Assembly (NCBI GenBank): GCA_965116025.1 | Contig: OZ220480.1 | Coordinates: forward strand, 193,335 to 257,334 | DNA length: 64,000 nt | From: an uncultured candidatus Porisulfidus sp. | Lineage (GTDB): Bacteria; Pseudomonadota; Gammaproteobacteria; Poriferisulfidales; Poriferisulfidaceae | Direction: 5' to 3' | In this document: piece after piece, positions 9,313 through 20,875 of the stretch | Layout: every line of letters starts with the position of its first letter | How positions within the stretch are numbered: position 1 is the stretch's first letter | Program-made: the position numbers and the translations under genes | Notes under the pieces: generated by a model | The model's database searches: none | Seen by the model: the letters and a program-made list of their open reading frames with translations, nothing else | Told to the model about the DNA's origin: nothing

Positions 9313-12300
9313 ATGGCGAAGCGGACCGATATCGAGAGCGTCCTCGTGATCGGGGCAGGACCAATCGTCATCGGCCAAGCCTGCGAATTCGATTACTCCG
9401 GGGCGCAAGCTTGCAAGGCGCTACGCGAGGAAGGCTACCGCGTCATCTTGGTCAACTCCAACCCCGCCACCATCATGACCGACCCGCAGATGGCGCAATC
9501 CATTTATATCGAGCCAGTCGAGTGGCGAACGCTGTCGCGCGTCATTGAGCGTGAGAAGCCGGACGCGTTGTTACCAACCATGGGCGGACAGACCGCGTTG
9601 AACTGCACGCTGGACCTGCATCGAGAGGGAACGTTGCAGGCTCATGGCGTGGAGTTGATTGGCGCCTCCCTTGAAGCCATCGCGATGGCCGAGGACCGGC
9701 AACTGTTCCGGGAGGCTATGGAGGAGATCGGGCTGGAGCAGGCGCGGTCCCGGGTGGTGCGCGGCGTGGAGGAGGCGCTGGGCTTTCAGCCCCACATCGG
9801 CTATCCCGTCATCGCGCGGCCCTCGTTCACCTTGGGCGGAACGGGAGGGGGCGTGGCCAGGAGCGAGGAGGAGCTCAGGCGCGTCGTCGCGCACGGGTTG
9901 GATCTGTCGCCCACCCGCGAGGTCCTTTTGGAGGAATCTCTTCTGGGCTGGAAGGAATTCGAGATGGAGGTGGTCCGCGACGCCAAGGACAACTGCATCA
10001 TCGTCTGCTCGATCGAGAATCTGGATCCGATGGGGGTGCACACCGGAGACTCGATCACGGTCGCGCCAGCGCAGACCTTGACGGACAAGGAATACCAGCG
10101 GATGCGCGACGCCTCCATCGCGGTATTGCGCAAGATCGGCGTGGACACTGGTGGTTCCAACGTGCAGTTCGCGACGCATCCAGGAACTGGGCGATTGCTC
10201 ATCATCGAGATGAACCCGCGCGTCTCGCGCTCCTCGGCGCTGGCCTCCAAAGCGACCGGATTTCCTATCGCCAAGGTGGCGGCCCGCCTGGCCGTGGGCT
10301 ACACCCTGGACGAGTTGCGCAACGACATCACGGACGGCGCGACTCCGTGCTCGTTCGAGCCGACTCTGGATTACATCGTGACCAAGATCCCGCGCTTCAC
10401 GTTCGAGAAGTTTCCGCAGGCGGAACCGCTCCTGACGACCCAGATGAAATCGGTCGGGGAGGCGATGGCGATCGGGCGCACCTTCCAGGAATCCTTGCAG
10501 AAGGCGTTGCGTAGCTTGGAGACTGGGCAATGCGGACTGGATCCGCTTGGCCCGATGGATCGGGAAGAGCGGAAAGATCGGCTAGTCCACCCGGATCCGC
10601 ATCGGCTGAGACATGTCGCCGACGCCTTGCGCGAGGGCTGGAGCCTGGAGGAGATCCACGAACTGACCGGCATCGATCCGTGGTTCATCGCGGAAATCGA
10701 GGATCTTGTGGCGCGTGAGCGAGCCCTGTCGGGAAGGGACTTGGACGACTTGTCGAGGGAAGAGTTGCTCGTCCTGAAGCGCGCCGGGTTTTCGGACCGG
10801 CGCCTAGGGCAATTGCTTCATGTGGATGAGGAAGACGTGCGCGCGCGGCGTCACGCGCAGGGCCTGCGGCCAGTATACAAGCGGGTCGACACTTGCGCGG
10901 CGGAGTTTCCGACTTCCACGGCCTATCTCTACTCCACCTACGAGGAGGAATGCGAGGCCCGACCGACGAACGCGCGGAAAGTGGTGGTGCTCGGCGGCGG
11001 CCCAAACCGAATCGGACAGGGCATCGAATTCGACTACTGTTGCGTGCATGCCGCGCAGAGCGCGCGCGAGCTGGGCTTCGAGACCATCATGGTCAACTGC
11101 AATCCAGAGACGGTCTCCACCGATTACGACACTTCCGATCGTCTGTATTTCGAGCCTCTCGCGCTGGAGGACGTGCTGGAGATCCTGCATGTCGAGCGTC
11201 CGTACGGAGTGATCGTCCAGTTCGGGGGGCAGACTCCCCTGAAACTCGCTCAAGGATTGGCGCGGGCGGGGATCCCGATCCTGGGCACGTCCCCGGACGC
11301 GATCGACGCTTCCGAGGATCGAGAGCGCTTTACCGGAGTGCTTGATCGCCTAGGCCTGCGTCAGCCGCCGGGGGGAACGGCGCGCGACCGCGAGGGAGCG
11401 CTGAGGTTGGCCCGCGAACTAGGCTATCCTTTGGTCGTGCGGCCTTCCTACGTGCTGGGTGGGCGGGCGATGGAGATCGTGTTCGACGAAGTGGAACTCG
11501 AGCGCTACATCAAGGACGCGGTCCAAGTGTCCGACCAGACCCCGGTGTTGCTCGATCGCTATTTGCAGGACGCGGTGGAAGTCGATGTCGACGTGGTGCG
11601 CGATGGGGAGGAAACGCTGATCGGAGGGATCATGCAACACATCGAGCAGGCCGGGATCCACTCCGGGGATTCGGCCTGCTCCCTGCCCGTCTACTCGATC
11701 GAGGAACCGGTCCTGGATATCCTGCGCGACCAAGCCACGGCGCTGGCGCGCGCGCTGGAGGTGGTGGGCCTGATGAATATTCAGTTCGCGGTGCGGGGAG
11801 ACTCGATCTACGTGATCGAGGCCAACCCCCGCGCCTCGCGTACCGTGCCGTTCGTTTCCAAAGTGACCGGTCGCTCGCTGGCGCGGATCGCGACCGCCTG
11901 CATGCTGGGCCGGTCCTTGCGCGAGCAAGACTGCCGCGAGGAGGCGCGGCTGGAATACTTCGCGGTTAAGGAAGCGGTGTTTCCCTTTCTCAAATTCTCG
12001 GGGGTCGACCCGATCTTGGGCCCGGAGATGAAGTCGACCGGCGAGGTGATGGGGGTTGGCGAGCGCTTCGAGGAGGCGTTCGCCAAATCGCAACGCGCGG
12101 CCGGGGTGCGCATCCCAACTGGCGGGCGAGCCCTGATCAGCGTGCGAGACCAGGATAAGCCTGGATGCTCTCGGTTGGCGCGCGAACTGCTCGCGGCTGG
12201 CTTCGAACTGGTGGCGACCCACGGAACGGCGGAACACTTGCGCCAGGAAGGCCTGGACTGCGCTGGCATCAACAAGGTGGCGCAAGGCTCGCCTCATGTC

Positions 12301-12552
12301 GTTGACAGGATTCGGGGCGGCGAGATCGACTTGATCATAAACACGACCCAAGACAAGCTGGCGATCCGCGATTCGCTAGCCATTCGCCGGGAAGCGCTGC
12401 AACGTCAAGTTTGCTACACGACGACCTTGACCGGCGCCAGCGCGTTGGTCCGCGTGTTAAAATCCGAGGTGATCGAGGATGTGTATCAATTGCAAGCCTT
12501 GCACGAGAAGCGCGTGCGCCGGATGCCGGCGCGAGATGATGTTTCCGAATAG
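9313..12552 (+). CDS. carB: Carbamoyl-phosphate synthase large subunit
   Basis: ~1080 aa beginning [37 protein letters not shown], with duplicated ATP-grasp halves and a C-terminal MGS-like domain. ATG at 9313; the ORF track's 9301 start is a short N-extension. Confidence 0.9.
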   Translation: MAKRTDIESVLVIGAGPIVIGQACEFDYSGAQACKALREEGYRVILVNSNPATIMTDPQMAQSIYIEPVEWRTLSRVIEREKPDALLPTMGGQTALNCTLDLHREGTLQAHGVELIGASLEAIAMAEDRQLFREAMEEIGLEQARSRVVRGVEEALGFQPHIGYPVIARPSFTLGGTGGGVARSEEELRRVVAHGLDLSPTREVLLEESLLGWKEFEMEVVRDAKDNCIIVCSIENLDPMGVHTGDSITVAPAQTLTDKEYQRMRDASIAVLRKIGVDTGGSNVQFATHPGTGRLLIIEMNPRVSRSSALASKATGFPIAKVAARLAVGYTLDELRNDITDGATPCSFEPTLDYIVTKIPRFTFEKFPQAEPLLTTQMKSVGEAMAIGRTFQESLQKALRSLETGQCGLDPLGPMDREERKDRLVHPDPHRLRHVADALREGWSLEEIHELTGIDPWFIAEIEDLVARERALSGRDLDDLSREELLVLKRAGFSDRRLGQLLHVDEEDVRARRHAQGLRPVYKRVDTCAAEFPTSTAYLYSTYEEECEARPTNARKVVVLGGGPNRIGQGIEFDYCCVHAAQSARELGFETIMVNCNPETVSTDYDTSDRLYFEPLALEDVLEILHVERPYGVIVQFGGQTPLKLAQGLARAGIPILGTSPDAIDASEDRERFTGVLDRLGLRQPPGGTARDREGALRLARELGYPLVVRPSYVLGGRAMEIVFDEVELERYIKDAVQVSDQTPVLLDRYLQDAVEVDVDVVRDGEETLIGGIMQHIEQAGIHSGDSACSLPVYSIEEPVLDILRDQATALARALEVVGLMNIQFAVRGDSIYVIEANPRASRTVPFVSKVTGRSLARIATACMLGRSLREQDCREEARLEYFAVKEAVFPFLKFSGVDPILGPEMKSTGEVMGVGERFEEAFAKSQRAAGVRIPTGGRALISVRDQDKPGCSRLARELLAAGFELVATHGTAEHLRQEGLDCAGINKVAQGSPHVVDRIRGGEIDLIINTTQDKLAIRDSLAIRREALQRQVCYTTTLTGASALVRVLKSEVIEDVYQLQALHEKRVRRMPARDDVSE

Positions 12553-12564
12553 ACCGGGAGATTG

Positions 12565-13041
12565 ATGGGCATGGTGCCAATGACCGCGCGCGGGGCCTCC
12601 CTCTTGCGCGAAGAGCTTGAGCGGCTCAAGCGAGTGGAGCGCCCGGCCGTCATCCAAGCGATCGCTGAGGCGCGCGCCCATGGGGATTTGCGCGAGAACT
12701 ACGAGTACAAGGCGGCGCGGGATCAGCAAGGATTCCTGGAAGGACGCATCAAGGAAATCGAGGCCAAGCTATCTCGCGCGCAGGTCATAGACATCTCCGA
12801 ACTGCAACTCAACGGCAAGGTGGTGTTCGGCACCACGGTGGAATTGGTCGACTTGGAATCTGGAGAGCGGGTGCGCTACCAGATTGTTGGCGAGGATGAG
12901 GCGGATATCGAGAAAGACCGGCTCTCGGTGCATACGCCGATCGCTCGGGCGTTGATCGGACGCCCGGAGGGAGAAGAGATAACGGTGGAAACGCCGGGCG
13001 GGAAAAGGGTTTTCGAAATTGTCGCGGTGCGCCGCGAATAA
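12565..13041 (+). CDS. greA: Transcription elongation factor GreA
   Basis: [22 protein letters not shown]...[26 protein letters not shown] is collinear with GreA. GGGAG lies upstream of the ATG. Confidence 0.85.
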   Translation: MGMVPMTARGASLLREELERLKRVERPAVIQAIAEARAHGDLRENYEYKAARDQQGFLEGRIKEIEAKLSRAQVIDISELQLNGKVVFGTTVELVDLESGERVRYQIVGEDEADIEKDRLSVHTPIARALIGRPEGEEITVETPGGKRVFEIVAVRRE

Positions 13042-13118
13042 TCAGGACCGCGTAGACCGCTCGCTTACCACCATCCCGCCGCTCTTCACGGGCGTACAAT
13101 GACTCTTGCGTTCACGAG

Positions 13119-15929
13119 TTGAAGCGGCGCATGCGAAAAACCACCATTTCGACCTCTTGGTTCATTCGCTGGACCCTCGTCGCTCTGACGCTGATTCTGG
13201 CCGCGTCCCCGGCGTGGGCCGAAAGCGCGTCAAAGCCATCCGGCGATTTAGAGCAAGTGACGGTGACTGGATCTCGCATCAAGCGGACGTTGCAACAGGA
13301 TGTCGCCACGCCACTGGCGAGCTACGATTTGGAAGATCTTCGGAATCTGGGCGCCAGCGATATCCGGGATCTGGTGCAGTCGCTGCCCGGCAACGCCGGC
13401 GCCCAGAACAACGCTGACGCTCTTTCGCAGAACTACACGGTCGGCACCTCGAACATTAATCTTCGCGGACTCGGAGTGTCCTCGACCTTGGTGCTGCTCA
13501 ACGGTCGCCGGCAGGTCGTCTCGGCGCTTCCCACCATCGACGGATCTAGTTTCGTGGATCTGTCGGCATTGGTGCCGACGCTCGCGTTGGAGAGGGTCGA
13601 GATCCTGAAAGACGGAGCGGCCGCGGTCTATGGTTCAGACGCTATCGCCGGCGTCGCCAATTTCGTCACCCGCTCCGATTTTCGAGGATTCGAAGTAGCG
13701 GCCGAGCGTCGCGAGCGGACCAACGACGGATCCCAGTCGGATGATCGCGTGGAACTCGTGTATGGACGAGATTTTATAGAATCTGGCGATCTGCTGCTCG
13801 CGCTGAGTTATTTGGATCGGACGCGGCTGGTTATGGATGAGGTTTCTTGGGTCACCCCGTCGTGGAGCACCGCGGCGAATCCTGGTAATTTCGTCATGTT
13901 GGGCGAGACGGCTTTGCCGGACGGAACCCGGCTAGCGTCCGGCGCGATCACGGCCGCGCCCCATTGCTCCGAGCACGTCCCGCCAGCCAGTTACGTCCCG
14001 CCAGCGGCCTTCGCCAAGAACTCTGGAACGCACAGCGTCTGTCGTTTCGACTATGGACCGCAGGTTACGGTCGTGCCAGAGGAAGAGCGAGTCCAGGCTT
14101 TCGCCCAACTCAAATTCGGTCTTGGCGAGAAGGCCCGCCTGACGGCGGAACTCGGCTACGCGCGAAACGATATCCGCCGCCTCATCTCTCCCAGCCTTCC
14201 CGCCATCAGTCCCAATCTGTCCTACATTCCGGCCATGCACCCCGGCAACCCGTTCCGAAATGACGATGGCGACCCAGTCGCGGCGCGCTACATCGGTCGC
14301 GTATATGGTGTCAGCGAGCCGCCCGAGACCAACGATTTCAAGAACGAGACAAGCCGCATGGCGCTGATGGCCGAAGGCGACGCGACTGACCGTCTGTCGT
14401 GGGAAATGTCCTTCCTGCATGCCCGTAGCGATATCGATTGGCGGATCCCCGACACGCTATACCGCAATCTGCAGAGCGCCATGGGCGCGGGCGAGAACGA
14501 TACCGCCTTGCTCGGCGTGGGCCCGGACTGTCCAGTCGATCGCGGCGCTCTTGAGAAAGGAGATGTCTGCCTGTTCTACAATCCGTTCAGCGTCGCCAAC
14601 AAGGTGCTGGCCATGACTTGGGATGGCGGCGCGTTCGGAGGAACGCGCGCTGGCACGGCGGGCGAGCAAGCGTTCATGCGCGACTATCTTCTCGCGGACG
14701 CGCTTGGCGCCGCCGAATCCGAGTTGAACGTCTTCGAGGCGGTTTTGACCGGCGATGGAATGTCTCTGCCAGGCGGCAATCTAGTCGGCTACGCCCTCGG
14801 CATTCAGTACCGAGACGAAACCATTCGTGGCGATTTCAGCTCGCTCTTCAACGACTTCGAGTTCTCGTTCGTAGGGGGAGGCCCCGACTATTCTGGCTCC
14901 CGGGACGCTATCGCCGTCTTCGGTGAGGTTTTGTTGCCTTTGGGGCCGGATCTTGAGGCGACGCTTGGCGCGCGCCATGAGGACTACGGAGGCGCCATCG
15001 GTAGCGCGACCGATCCGAAGCTGTCTCTGCTCTGGACGCCAACGAACATTCTTTCGCTACGCGCTTCCGCGAGCAGCTCGTTCCGCGCTCCCGCGTTGCA
15101 CCAAACGCAGGGCGTGCAAACGTCCTTCTCCGATATCGTGGAAGGCGGGCGACAGTTCTTCGTCCCCAACCTGACCTACGGCAACGAGAATCTAAAACCG
15201 GAAACCGCCACGTCTCTGAATCTGGGCGGCTCCATAGCCGTGGAAGATTGGGAGCTCAACCTGGATTACTGGAACTTTCGCTTCGAGGACGCTCTGGCGC
15301 GCGAGAACCCTCAGTCGGTCGTCGAGGCCGACGCGCGACGCGTCGCCGCTGGCGAGGAGAGCCGTGTGATTCGCACGGCGGACGGAACGGTCGCTCGCGT
15401 TCGCACTCGATACATCAACACCGACGAGATCCGCGCCTCTGGATTGGATTTCTCGGTCAGCGGGAGAATCTGGACGGAATTCGGGAGCCTCCTTCCCGGC
15501 TTGCGGGCGACGCGCGTCCTCGAATACGAGATCACGCGCCCCGACGGGCGAAAGATCGATGGGGCCGGCTACCTGAATTTCGCCAATATTGGCAGTCCCA
15601 TGCCGGAATGGCGTGGCGCGCTGAGTCTGGTCTGGCGGCGCGGCGACCACCAAGCGGGCTTGACTCTCAACTACACGGATGGCTATCAGTATCGCCGCTC
15701 AGTCGCGGCCTTGGATCGCATCGATTCCACTACCACCCTTGATTTCCAGTATCGCCTCACTCTCGGAGGACTGTTCGACTCGGATTCCGAGACATCGCTG
15801 ACGGCCGGGGCGCTCAACATCATGGACGAGGACCCACCGTACGTGAACATACCCGGTGGGTACGACTCGCGCACCGCCGACCCACGGGGGCGACGGGCGT
15901 ACGTGTCGATCCGGTCCCGTTTCGAATGA
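13119..15929 (+). CDS. TonB-dependent outer-membrane receptor
   Basis: Signal peptide, TonB box EQVTVTGSR, and plug domain (NINLRGLGVSSTLVLLNGRR, ALERVEILKDGAAAVYGSDAIAGVANFVT), followed by a ~700-aa barrel. The C-terminus ...SIRSRFE has the terminal aromatic displaced by one residue. Confidence 0.8.
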   Translation: MKRRMRKTTISTSWFIRWTLVALTLILAASPAWAESASKPSGDLEQVTVTGSRIKRTLQQDVATPLASYDLEDLRNLGASDIRDLVQSLPGNAGAQNNADALSQNYTVGTSNINLRGLGVSSTLVLLNGRRQVVSALPTIDGSSFVDLSALVPTLALERVEILKDGAAAVYGSDAIAGVANFVTRSDFRGFEVAAERRERTNDGSQSDDRVELVYGRDFIESGDLLLALSYLDRTRLVMDEVSWVTPSWSTAANPGNFVMLGETALPDGTRLASGAITAAPHCSEHVPPASYVPPAAFAKNSGTHSVCRFDYGPQVTVVPEEERVQAFAQLKFGLGEKARLTAELGYARNDIRRLISPSLPAISPNLSYIPAMHPGNPFRNDDGDPVAARYIGRVYGVSEPPETNDFKNETSRMALMAEGDATDRLSWEMSFLHARSDIDWRIPDTLYRNLQSAMGAGENDTALLGVGPDCPVDRGALEKGDVCLFYNPFSVANKVLAMTWDGGAFGGTRAGTAGEQAFMRDYLLADALGAAESELNVFEAVLTGDGMSLPGGNLVGYALGIQYRDETIRGDFSSLFNDFEFSFVGGGPDYSGSRDAIAVFGEVLLPLGPDLEATLGARHEDYGGAIGSATDPKLSLLWTPTNILSLRASASSSFRAPALHQTQGVQTSFSDIVEGGRQFFVPNLTYGNENLKPETATSLNLGGSIAVEDWELNLDYWNFRFEDALARENPQSVVEADARRVAAGEESRVIRTADGTVARVRTRYINTDEIRASGLDFSVSGRIWTEFGSLLPGLRATRVLEYEITRPDGRKIDGAGYLNFANIGSPMPEWRGALSLVWRRGDHQAGLTLNYTDGYQYRRSVAALDRIDSTTTLDFQYRLTLGGLFDSDSETSLTAGALNIMDEDPPYVNIPGGYDSRTADPRGRRAYVSIRSRFE

Positions 15930-16036
15930 AAACAGATTTTTGATTCGACGGGCGCGCCCTCGCCTCGCGGCGATCAGGAAGAATCGGGACGAAACGCCAT
16001 TGACGATTTTCGCGCGCGTGATTCGATAAGCGGGTG

Positions 16037-16099
16037 TATAATTAGCGGCAGGAGATCATCCGGGTTCCAAAGAGAAGCCCCCGAAAGGGGGTTTCTGTT
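16037..16099 (+). promoter_or_regulatory. Candidate -10 box (TATAAT 16037-16042) plus leader hairpin and U-tract (gccccc-gaaa-ggggg tttctgtt, 16077-16099) upstream of rimP
   Basis: The -10 hexamer is perfect but no good -35 was found. A GC hairpin followed by a T-run sits 14 nt before the rimP ATG and resembles a leader attenuator or terminator. Confidence 0.3.
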
Positions 16100-16112
16100 A
16101 GGTGCGGGAGGA

Positions 16113-16586
16113 ATGTTGATGAGGGCCGATGGCGCGACTCACACATTGAGATCCCTGGTCGCTCCCCAAGTCGAGAAAATGGGCTATGAGTTATGGGGGC
16201 TGGTGTGCCGGCTCGGCGCGCGCCAGGGTCGGGTGTGCGTGTATATAGACCATCCGGACGGCATCAGCCATGCGGATTGCGAGGTCGTGAGCGACCAAGT
16301 GAGCGGATTGCTGGACGTGGCGGATCCGATTCGAACCCCGTATCGGCTGGAGGTTTCCTCGCCGGGGCTGGACCGGCCGTTGCTGTGTCCGGAACACTTC
16401 CGGCGTTATCGGGGCTCGCGGGTCGACATGCGCTTGCGCTGGCCGCTGGAAGGACGCCGCCGTCTGTTTGGGCGAGTGGAGGAAGCCGACGGTGACGCCG
16501 TGGAAATCCGGGAGGAGGATGGGCGGACGTTCGTGGTTCCGTACAACGTGATCGCGCGGGCGCGATTGCATTACGAGGAGGAATGA
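16113..16586 (+). CDS. rimP: Ribosome maturation factor RimP
   Basis: ...VSDQVSGLLDVADPIRTPYRLEVSSPGLDRPL... is collinear with E. coli RimP. It is the first gene of the rimP-nusA-infB-rbfA-truB block. Confidence 0.85.
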   Translation: MLMRADGATHTLRSLVAPQVEKMGYELWGLVCRLGARQGRVCVYIDHPDGISHADCEVVSDQVSGLLDVADPIRTPYRLEVSSPGLDRPLLCPEHFRRYRGSRVDMRLRWPLEGRRRLFGRVEEADGDAVEIREEDGRTFVVPYNVIARARLHYEEE

Positions 16587-16592
16587 CTGGCG

Positions 16593-18089
16593 ATGGGCGA
16601 TGACGTGATAGACGTTCTGGGCGTGGTTGATGCCGCTTCCGCGGAGAAGGGCATTGAGCGCGAAGTGATTTTCGAGGCTCTGGAGATGGCGCTGGCCGCC
16701 GCGACCCGCAAGAATCTGGGTGGCGATGCCGACGTTCGCATCGCCATCGACCGGGAAACGGGAACCTACGAGACCTTCCGGCGCTGGCTGGTGATGGCGG
16801 ACGACGACCCCGAGTTTCAGTCGCCCGATGGGCAGAGGCTGTTGAGCGTCGCGCGGCAGACCGATCCGGGGGACCCAAAGCTTGAGGTCGGAGACTACAT
16901 TGAGGAACCGATCGATTCAGTAGACATCGCGCGGATTTCCGCGCATACCGCCAAGCAGGTCATCGTGCAAAAAGTGCGCGAGGCGGAGCGAGCGCAGATC
17001 GCGGAAGCCTACCAGGACAAGGTCGGCGAGTTGCTCATTGGGATCGTCAAGCGAGTCGAGAACTCTGGGGCTTACATAGACTTGGGCGGCAACACGGAAG
17101 GATTCATTCCGCGAGAGGACACCATCCAGCGCGAAATCATTCGCACGGGCAACCGACTGCGCGCCTATCTGCGCGAGGTGCGCGAGGAAGCCCGAGGCCC
17201 GCAACTGATCCTGTCCCGGACCGTTCCGGAGTTCCTGGTCCAGCTGTTTCACTTGGAGGTTCCAGAGATCGACCAAGGACTCATCGAGATCGTGGGAGCG
17301 GCTCGGGACCCAGGAATTCGCGCCAAGATCGCGGTGCGCACCAACGATTCGCGACTGGACCCGGTCGGCGCCTGCGTGGGCATGCGGGGATCCCGGGTGC
17401 AGGCGGTCTCCAACGAGCTTTCGGGCGAGCGCATAGACATCATCACCTGGAACGAGAACGCGGCGCAATACGTGATCAACGCCATGTCGTTGCCTTCGGT
17501 CGACGAGATCGTTCAGGACGAGGAAGGGAAGGTTATGGACATCGCGGTCGAGGAGGATCGTCTGTCGCAGGCGATTGGCCGCAACGGGCAGAATGTCCGT
17601 CTGGCGAGCCAGCTGACCGGTTGGACGCTGAACGTCATGACCGCGCAGGAGTTGCGCGAGAAAAGCGACCAGGAGCAACGGGCGCTGGAGGAGCGCTTCC
17701 AGCAAGAGCTGGATGTCGATGAGCACATCGCGGCGATTCTGGTGGAGAATGGCTTCCGCGAGATCCAGGAGTTGGCGTATGTCCCGGATCAAGATCTTCT
17801 GCAGGTGCCCGAATTCAACGAGCAAGTGGTGACGGAGCTAAAGGAGCGGGCGCGAGACAGTCTGGAGCAGAGCGCGGAGGTGGCGGAAGACGAGGATATC
17901 CTCAACGTCGAGGGAATGGATCCCGACCTCGCTATGCAACTGGCGCTTCATGGCATCACCACGCGGCGGCAGCTAGCGGAACTGGCCCTGGACGAGTTGC
18001 CCGAGATCGAGTCGTTGGACGAGGAGCGCGCGGGCGCCTTGATCATGAAAGCGCGAGAAAATCTGGAACTGCAGTTGCCGGACGCTTGA
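16593..18089 (+). CDS. nusA: Transcription termination/antitermination factor NusA
   Basis: 498 aa with S1 and KH domains ([25 protein letters not shown]) and C-terminal acidic repeats. Confidence 0.9.
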   Translation: MGDDVIDVLGVVDAASAEKGIEREVIFEALEMALAAATRKNLGGDADVRIAIDRETGTYETFRRWLVMADDDPEFQSPDGQRLLSVARQTDPGDPKLEVGDYIEEPIDSVDIARISAHTAKQVIVQKVREAERAQIAEAYQDKVGELLIGIVKRVENSGAYIDLGGNTEGFIPREDTIQREIIRTGNRLRAYLREVREEARGPQLILSRTVPEFLVQLFHLEVPEIDQGLIEIVGAARDPGIRAKIAVRTNDSRLDPVGACVGMRGSRVQAVSNELSGERIDIITWNENAAQYVINAMSLPSVDEIVQDEEGKVMDIAVEEDRLSQAIGRNGQNVRLASQLTGWTLNVMTAQELREKSDQEQRALEERFQQELDVDEHIAAILVENGFREIQELAYVPDQDLLQVPEFNEQVVTELKERARDSLEQSAEVAEDEDILNVEGMDPDLAMQLALHGITTRRQLAELALDELPEIESLDEERAGALIMKARENLELQLPDA

Positions 18090-18100
18090 GGCGCGCCAAC

Positions 18101-20500
18101 ATGCCCACGATCGCCGAATACGCCCCATCCTTGCGCATGTCGCCCGAGCAGTTGCTCGCGATGTGCCAGCGGGCTGGACTGGCGAAGCGCGACGAGTCGG
18201 ACGCGCTCAGTGACGAGGACAAGAAACAGTTGGTGCGCTACATGCGCGGCGGCGGACCCATGGGCGCGACGCTGGTGAAGTCCCGGCCATCGGCTGGCCA
18301 GGTCGAGATCCCGAGGACGGGCGGACCCGGCCGCAATCGAGTCAAGGTCAAGCTCAAGGGCAAGTATCGCGTGGTGCGACCCAAGATCGAGACGAGTGAA
18401 AAGACGCCAGAGCCACCTGTCGAGCCCGCGCCCGAGGTCCAGTCCGGGTCCCCTGCCGAAGTGAAGTCGGAGGAGCCGCGAGAGGAGCGGCCGGAGAAGC
18501 CCGCCACGCAGCCCAAGGAAGAGAAGAAAACCCCTGCCGCGCCGCCTCGCTCTGGGCGAAAGGGTAAGCCGCGCTCCAAGCCGCGCGACGCCAAGGATTC
18601 TCGCGGCAAGGCGCCCTCAGGCCGAGGGCGGCGCCGTGGCCAGTTGCACATAGACGACCAACGCCGAACGCGCAAGCCACGCGCCAAGAAGCAGGGCAAG
18701 GTGGTGGTCGACAACAAGCATCAGTTCACCGAGCCAACCGCCCAGATCGTGCGGGAGGTCGTCTTGGGGGGGCCGATGACGGTGGCGGAGCTGGCGATGG
18801 CGATGGCGGTCAAAGCCTCCGCGGTGATCAAGACCATGATGGAACTGGGCGAGACGGCCACCATCAATGATGTGCTGGATCCCGACACCGCGGAGTTGGT
18901 CGTCGAGAACATGGGACACAAGGCGCGGCGCTCCCGCGACGAGGATGTGGAAGCGGGCTTGCTTTTGGATTCCGCGTCGGAAGGCGATCCCGTGCCGCGC
19001 CCGCCCGTGGTGACCGTCATGGGGCATGTCGATCATGGAAAAACCTCGTTGCTGGACCATCTGCGAGAAACTCGAGTGGCCGCCGGCGAGGCGGGCGGGA
19101 TCACCCAGCACATTGGCGCCTACCAGCTGGAGACGCCGCGCGGCAAGATCACGTTCCTGGACACGCCCGGGCACGCCGCGTTCACCGCGATGCGTGGACG
19201 TGGCGCTCGGTGCACCGACATCATCGTGCTGGTGGTCGCGGCCGACGATGGCGTGAAACCGCAAACCGAGGAGGCGATCCGGCACGCGCGGGAAGCGGAA
19301 GTCCCGATCATCGTGGCGATCAACAAGATTGATCGCGAAAACGCGGATATTGAGAAGGTGCGCACGGAGCTCACGGCTCTGGGCTTGCAGCCCGAAGATT
19401 GGGGCGGCGATACGATGTTCGTACCGGTCTCGGCCAAAACGGGAGAGGGAATGGACGCGTTGCTGGAGGCTATCTCCCTGCAAGCCGAATTGATGGACCT
19501 CAAAGCACCAGCCGAGGGCATGGCCCGTGGCGTGGTGATCGAATCCAGTCTGGATCGCGGCCGTGGCTCGACCGTGACGGTGCTGGTCGAGGAAGGACGT
19601 CTGCGTCAGCGCGATCTGCTTCTGTGCGGCCAGGAATACGGGCGAGTCAGAAGCATCTTCGACGACAACGGGCGAAAAGTCGACCAAGCGGGACCGTCTT
19701 CCCCGGTGCTGGCGCTGGGCTTGTCGGGAGTCCCCCAAGCGGGGGATCCTATGCATGTGGTGGCGGACGAGCAAAAGGCGAGGGAAATAGCCGATTATCG
19801 AAAGGAGGCAGCGCGACGCCAGCAGACGGACGAGCCGCGCGAGGCTAGCCTGGCCTGGGCGATGCAAATGGGCGAGGAGCGGAAAGCGGCACTCAATCTG
19901 ATCATCAAGACGGACGTGCGCGGGAGCGGCGAAGCCCTTCGGGGAGCGCTGGATGGCTTGTCCACCGACGAGGCGACTATCAAAATCGTGCTATCAGGGG
20001 TCGGGGGCATCAACGAATCCGATGCCTTGCTGGCGGATGCCTCCAAGTCCACCCTGCTAGGCTTCAACGTGCGCGCCGATAGCGCGGCGCGGCGCGTCGT
20101 CGCGGACCGAAGCCTGGACTTGCGCTATTACAGCGTGATCTACGAGCTGGTCGACGACATCAAGGAAATGCTGGAGAAGCAATTGGCTCCAGAAGTCCGC
20201 GAGGAGATCATGGGACTGGCGAACGTCATCGAGGTCTTCCGTTCCAGCAAGATGGGTCCAGTCGCCGGTAGTCGGGTGGACCAAGGCGTGGTCCAGCGAG
20301 GTGGCTACCCAATCCGGGTGCTACGCGACAACATAGTCATTTACGAGGGAGAACTAGAGTCTTTGCGGCGCCACAAGGAGGATGTCCAGGAAGTGCAGGC
20401 CGGTACTGAATGCGGCATAGCGGTGGCCAACTACAACGATGTGCAGGTCGGCGACCAGATCGAGGTGTACCGCCGCGTGGAGACCGCCCGCACGCTTTAA
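18101..20500 (+). CDS. infB: Translation initiation factor IF-2
   Basis: GTPase motifs [14 protein letters not shown] and DTPGH, a K/E/P-rich N-terminal region, and C-terminal beta-barrel domains. The likely ATG is at 18101 (MPTIAEY); the ORF track starts at 18086. Confidence 0.9.
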   Translation: MPTIAEYAPSLRMSPEQLLAMCQRAGLAKRDESDALSDEDKKQLVRYMRGGGPMGATLVKSRPSAGQVEIPRTGGPGRNRVKVKLKGKYRVVRPKIETSEKTPEPPVEPAPEVQSGSPAEVKSEEPREERPEKPATQPKEEKKTPAAPPRSGRKGKPRSKPRDAKDSRGKAPSGRGRRRGQLHIDDQRRTRKPRAKKQGKVVVDNKHQFTEPTAQIVREVVLGGPMTVAELAMAMAVKASAVIKTMMELGETATINDVLDPDTAELVVENMGHKARRSRDEDVEAGLLLDSASEGDPVPRPPVVTVMGHVDHGKTSLLDHLRETRVAAGEAGGITQHIGAYQLETPRGKITFLDTPGHAAFTAMRGRGARCTDIIVLVVAADDGVKPQTEEAIRHAREAEVPIIVAINKIDRENADIEKVRTELTALGLQPEDWGGDTMFVPVSAKTGEGMDALLEAISLQAELMDLKAPAEGMARGVVIESSLDRGRGSTVTVLVEEGRLRQRDLLLCGQEYGRVRSIFDDNGRKVDQAGPSSPVLALGLSGVPQAGDPMHVVADEQKAREIADYRKEAARRQQTDEPREASLAWAMQMGEERKAALNLIIKTDVRGSGEALRGALDGLSTDEATIKIVLSGVGGINESDALLADASKSTLLGFNVRADSAARRVVADRSLDLRYYSVIYELVDDIKEMLEKQLAPEVREEIMGLANVIEVFRSSKMGPVAGSRVDQGVVQRGGYPIRVLRDNIVIYEGELESLRRHKEDVQEVQAGTECGIAVANYNDVQVGDQIEVYRRVETARTL

Positions 20501-20509
20501 GGAAGGCGA

Positions 20510-20875
20510 GTGATTCCCGGACGGCGCCCGTTGGCGGTGGGCGAGCAAATGCGCCGGCTTCTCGGCTTGGCTCTGTTGCATGAGGCCAATGACCCGCGCT
20601 TGCGGCGGCTGACGGTCGCCGATGTCGTCATGAGCCGCGACCTCAAGCACGCCACCGTGTACGTAATCAGCGCCGAGACTCCAGATTCACGCCGTCGCGC
20701 GGAGATCGCCGCCGGGCTCACGCGCGGCATCCCGTTCTTTCGCCGGTTGATCGGCGCGCGCGCGGGCCTGCGCTATGTGCCAAAACTGCGTTTCGTTTTG
20801 GACGATACCGAGGATCGGGCGGAGCGGATCGAGAGCCTCCTGAAGGAATCCGCCCGCGCCAAGACGACCTCATGA
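20510..20875 (+). CDS. rbfA: Ribosome-binding factor A
   Basis: ...HEANDPRLRRLTVADVVMSRDLKHATVYV... is collinear with RbfA. Confidence 0.85.
   Translation: MIPGRRPLAVGEQMRRLLGLALLHEANDPRLRRLTVADVVMSRDLKHATVYVISAETPDSRRRAEIAAGLTRGIPFFRRLIGARAGLRYVPKLRFVLDDTEDRAERIESLLKESARAKTTS

Noticed and set aside
9571-12351. Large antisense ORFs within carB (9571-10530, 11419-12351); similar ones in nusA (16917-17825), infB (18617-19867) and dnaK (35325-36308, 36703-37593)
   Set aside because: They lie opposite unambiguous housekeeping genes and are typical high-GC antisense open frames.
13119-15929. TonB-dependent receptor ending in ...RSRFE instead of a terminal aromatic residue
   Set aside because: The terminal Phe is merely displaced by one residue. 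Without alignment this is not enough to call a truncation or pseudogene.
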